From: an uncultured Acidimicrobiia bacterium
GTDB taxonomy: Bacteria; Actinomycetota; Acidimicrobiia; IMCC26256; JAENVU01
Assembly: GCA_963819945.1 (NCBI GenBank)
Contig: CAWFYD010000004.1
Coordinates: 20,272-84,271 of the forward strand
Direction: 5' to 3'
DNA length: 64,000 nt
Shown piece by piece: positions 61,347-64,000 of the stretch; the first letter of the stretch is position 1; each line of letters begins with the position of its first letter. The notes under the pieces are model-generated. The model worked only from the letters and a program-made list of their open reading frames with translations, was not told where the DNA came from and did no database searches. The translations under genes and the position numbers were made by a program.

Positions 61347-61452
61347 TCAGAGGTGTAGCCTCAAGATGTTCTTTCCCAGCGGTGCGGACGGCGACCAAGT
61401 CCCCGTTATCGGCTGCACTCCCGAGGGTTGTCCCAAGTCAGGGTGTGCAGCG

Positions 61453-62166
61453 ATGAGCGAGCGAGGACTGGATCCGGTGCGGCTCGCCCGGATCGTGGCC
61501 GCGCTCGCGCCCGCCGACGGCAGCGAGCGACCCACAGCCGTCGTTGTGCGTGGCGTCCGCGAAGGTGATGCAGGTCACCGGGGCGGGGGTGGTGTTGATC
61601 TTGCGAGGACGCACACTCGGAACCGTCTGCTTCTCCGACAAGCAGACCGAGACCGTGGAAGATGTGCAGTACACGCTGGGCGAGGGTCCGTGTGTCGATG
61701 CCTTCGCGACCAAGGCGCCGGTGCTGGTCCCGGATCTGGAAAGGCTCGGAACGGCGCGCTGGCCCGGGTTCCGCGAGGGAGCACTCGACGAACGGCGTCC
61801 GGGCGGTGTTCGGATTTCCGCTGCTCGTCGGGGCGGTGTGCATCGGGGCGCTGAACCTGTACAACGCCGAGATCGGCCCGCTGACCGAGGACCAGATGGA
61901 AGATGCGGTGCTGGTCGCCCACGTCGCCGGGCGCGCGGTCATGGGGTGGCAGTCGGTGGCCGGACCGGGTTCGCTCGCGCTGGCAGCTCGAGCACGCCGA
62001 CGCGCACCGAGCCGTCGTCAACCAGGCGGCCGGAATGGTGTCGGTACAGGCCGACGTCACCGTGGAGGAAGCCCTGATGTTGATCCGCGCGTACGCATTC
62101 GCGGAGGATCGCCCGATCACCGAGGTCGCCGCCGACGTCGTCGGCCGCGCCCTGCGCTTCGACTGA
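61453..62166 (+). pseudogene. GAF-ANTAR RNA-binding antiterminator-type regulator, three +1 frameshifts
   Basis: The GAF part is LCVASAKVMQVTGAGVVLI..LGEGPCVDAF..GVRAVFGFPLLVGAVCIGALNLY. The ANTAR part is AVVNQAAGMVSVQADVTVEEALMLIRAYAFAEDRPITEVAADVV. The frames run 1,2,0,1. Confidence 0.8.
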
Positions 62167-62223
62167 AGGACCGAATGCCGAACCGTACAATGATCTCAGC
62201 ACCGCTCGATTGGAAGGGCAGTC

Positions 62224-62961
62224 ATGACTCGAGAGCAGCTGCTTGTCGAGACCTTCGTCGATCTCGCCGACACCCTGGTGGATACCTACGACATCATCGA
62301 CTTCATGCATACCCTCGCCGAACGGGGCGTGGAGCTCCTCGACGTCTCGGCGGCAGGCATCATGCTGGTGGACAGCGACGGCAATCTGCGCCATGCGGCG
62401 TGCTCGAGCGAGCAGATGCGCCTGGTGGAGTTCTTCGAGCTCCAAGTCGAGGAAGGTCCGTGCTTCGACGCGTTCCGCGACGCCGCGGCCGTCCGCAGCG
62501 ACTCTCCCGAGGACGCCGCGGCGCGCTGGCCGCGCTTCGCCCCGCACGCCGCTACCAGCGGGTACGTCTGCGGTCTCGGCCGTACCCATGCGGTTGCGCT
62601 CCCAAGTGATCGGCGCCCTGAACCTCTTCTCGTCCGACTCCCGGTGCGCTCAGCGAGGACGATCTCCGGGTCGCGCAGGCCATGGCGGACATCGCCACGA
62701 TCGGTGTCCTCCACGAGCGGGTGGTCCGCGAGTCGCGGGACGTCTCCGCCCAGCTCGAATTCGCACTCGAGTCCCGGATCGCGATCGAGCAGGCGAAGGG
62801 CATCGTCGCCGAGCACAACCACATCTCCGTCGACCTGGCGTTCGACCTGATTCGGCGCTACACCCGCGACCAGAACCAGCTGCTCAGCGAGACCGCCCGC
62901 AAGATCATCGAAGGGACGCTGCGGCCGGAACAGCTTCCTCGTGGCTCGCCTCACCTCCTGA
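62224..62961 (+). pseudogene. GAF-ANTAR regulator (paralogue), three +1 frameshifts
   Basis: VETFVDLADTLVDTYDIIDFMHTL..AAGIMLVD..EEGPCFDAF..VPMRLRSQVIGALNLFS. The ANTAR part is LESRIAIEQAKGIVAEHNHISVDLAFDLIRRYTRDQNQLLSETARKII. The frames run 1,2,0,1. Confidence 0.8.
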
Positions 62962-62990
62962 ACTGCCGGCAACCGGGATCGGGTCTGGCG

Positions 62991-63510
62991 TCAGTGCTCG
63001 AGGAAGGGAGCGAACGCGGCGGGGTAGACGACCCGACCGCGCATCGCCGGGTCGTACGCCGCGAGGCGGATCACCTGGGCGGCTTCGGTGGCGCCCACGA
63101 CGGCAACGTGATGTGGATGCCGTGGGCCACTGAATGCTCGAACCCCAACCGGCCGTAGAACGCCGGATCACCTTCGAGGACGATGAGCGGCTCGCCCCTC
63201 GCGTCGGCCGCGGCAGTGACCGCGGCGAGGGCCGATCCGACGCCTCGACCATGGAAATCGGGCCGCACCGCGAGGGGCGAGAGGCTGGCGATTCGCCGCT
63301 CCCTGGGGCCGTCGACCAACGCGACCTCGCTGACCATCACGTGGCCGATGACCGCGCCGTCGACCTCCGCGACGAGCGAGAGCTCGGGACGAAGCCGGGG
63401 GACCTGCGGATCGCATCGACGAGCTCGGCTTCGGCCCGGGAGCCGAACGCCGCCGCGACGATGCTCGCGATCTCCGCTGCGTCCTCGCCGGTCTCCGGCC
63501 GGATGTTCAC
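62991..63510 (-). pseudogene. GNAT-family N-acetyltransferase, two -1 frameshifts
   Basis: VNIRPETGEDAAEIASIVAAAFG.., LSPLAVRPDFHGRGVGSALAAVT (acetyl-CoA motif Q/RxxGxG/A), FYGRLGFE. The tail VIRLAAYDPAMRGRVVYPAAFAPFLEH has its stop at 62991-62993. Confidence 0.75.
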
Positions 63511-63511
63511 A

Positions 63512-64000
63512 TCAGCGTTCTAGTGCAGCAGCCACCTTCGCCGCCGCGCTATCCCCGACGACATCGAGCGCCTCGGTGCTGCGTTGCGCCCGGGCGAGCA
63601 CGAACGCGCCTTCGATCGCACAAAACAGCTCCACCGCGATCTTGCGGGCCTGCTCCGCCGGCATGCCCGCCCGGACGAAGCGCGCCTCGAGGACCGTGAG
63701 CCACGACTCGAACGCCGTCGCCGCGGCGATGCGCATCGGCTCGCTCGCGCTCGACACCTCCAGGGCCATCGTCGCGATCGGGCACGCGTCCTCGTAATTC
63801 GTCATCTCCAGGACCTCGGCGGCGCCCGCGCAGAACGCCCGGGTCGCCTCCACCACATCCGCGTCCTCGGTGAAGAACAGCTCCACCAGCTCGCGGTAGA
63901 TCGCGCCGCCGGCTTCGAGCGCGGCGACGCCGAGCTCCTCCTTGCCGCCGGGGAAGTAGTGGTAGATCGACCCGTACGGTGCATCGCTGGCATCCACGAT
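63512..64000 (-). CDS. TetR-family regulator, C-terminal ligand domain; N-terminal HTH lies beyond the window end
   Basis: The ORF is open to nt 64000. GSIYHYFPGGKEELGVAALEAGGAIY is the typical junction after the TetR HTH. Stop at 63512-63514. Confidence 0.7.
   Translation of the reverse strand: MVDASDAPYGSIYHYFPGGKEELGVAALEAGGAIYRELVELFFTEDADVVEATRAFCAGAAEVLEMTNYEDACPIATMALEVSSASEPMRIAAATAFESWLTVLEARFVRAGMPAEQARKIAVELFCAIEGAFVLARAQRSTEALDVVGDSAAAKVAAALER

Noticed and set aside
61366-61452. An upstream ATG at 61366 that would extend the first GAF-ANTAR protein by 29 aa (MFFPSGADGDQVPVIGCTPEGCPKSGCAA).
   Set aside because: The extension uses many A/T-ending codons (ttt, caa, gtt, act, tgt, tca), atypical for coding DNA in this window. 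I treat it as leader and start the gene at ATG 61453.

Overview
Very GC-rich 64-kb chromosomal segment (about 70% GC by eye, not computed). Its gene repertoire fits a high-GC Actinomycetota genome: SARP and TetR regulators, an ECF42-type sigma factor with DGPF partner, LipJ-like hydrolase-cyclases, LLM and MDR oxidoreductases, P450, TauD, and an NHEJ polymerase domain. I resolve about 65 protein-coding loci, tightly packed on both strands, with many ATGA/GTGA start-stop overlaps. I see no rRNA, tRNA, CRISPR array, transposase, integrase or phage gene.

The dominant property is that more than half of the loci cannot be read in one frame. By hand-tracing family-typical peptide across the supplied ORF frames I find on the order of 90-110 frameshift junctions. 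Almost none are stop codons, they are strongly biased to one extra base, and they cluster in some blocks while other 2-4 kb blocks are clean. Loci typed 'pseudogene' below are 'disrupted as assembled'. Sequencing or assembly indels are the leading explanation.

Signals worth follow-up:
- A two-component system flanked on both sides by the same three-box direct-repeat array, next to apbE and a ferric-reductase-like membrane protein.
- A family of four alpha/beta-hydrolase 'sensor' modules fused to wHTH, SARP, cyclase and NB-ARC/TPR domains, plus an orphan cyclase remnant.
- A 123/124/125-nt tandem repeat in an FG-GAP surface protein in which three near-identical units carry the same extra base.
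- A processive GT2 with a PgaD-like small partner.
- An orphan type IV pilin with a C-terminal beta-sandwich-like domain.

I did not find a convincing novel defence or mobile system. All coordinates of frameshifted loci are reconstructions and their ends are approximate.
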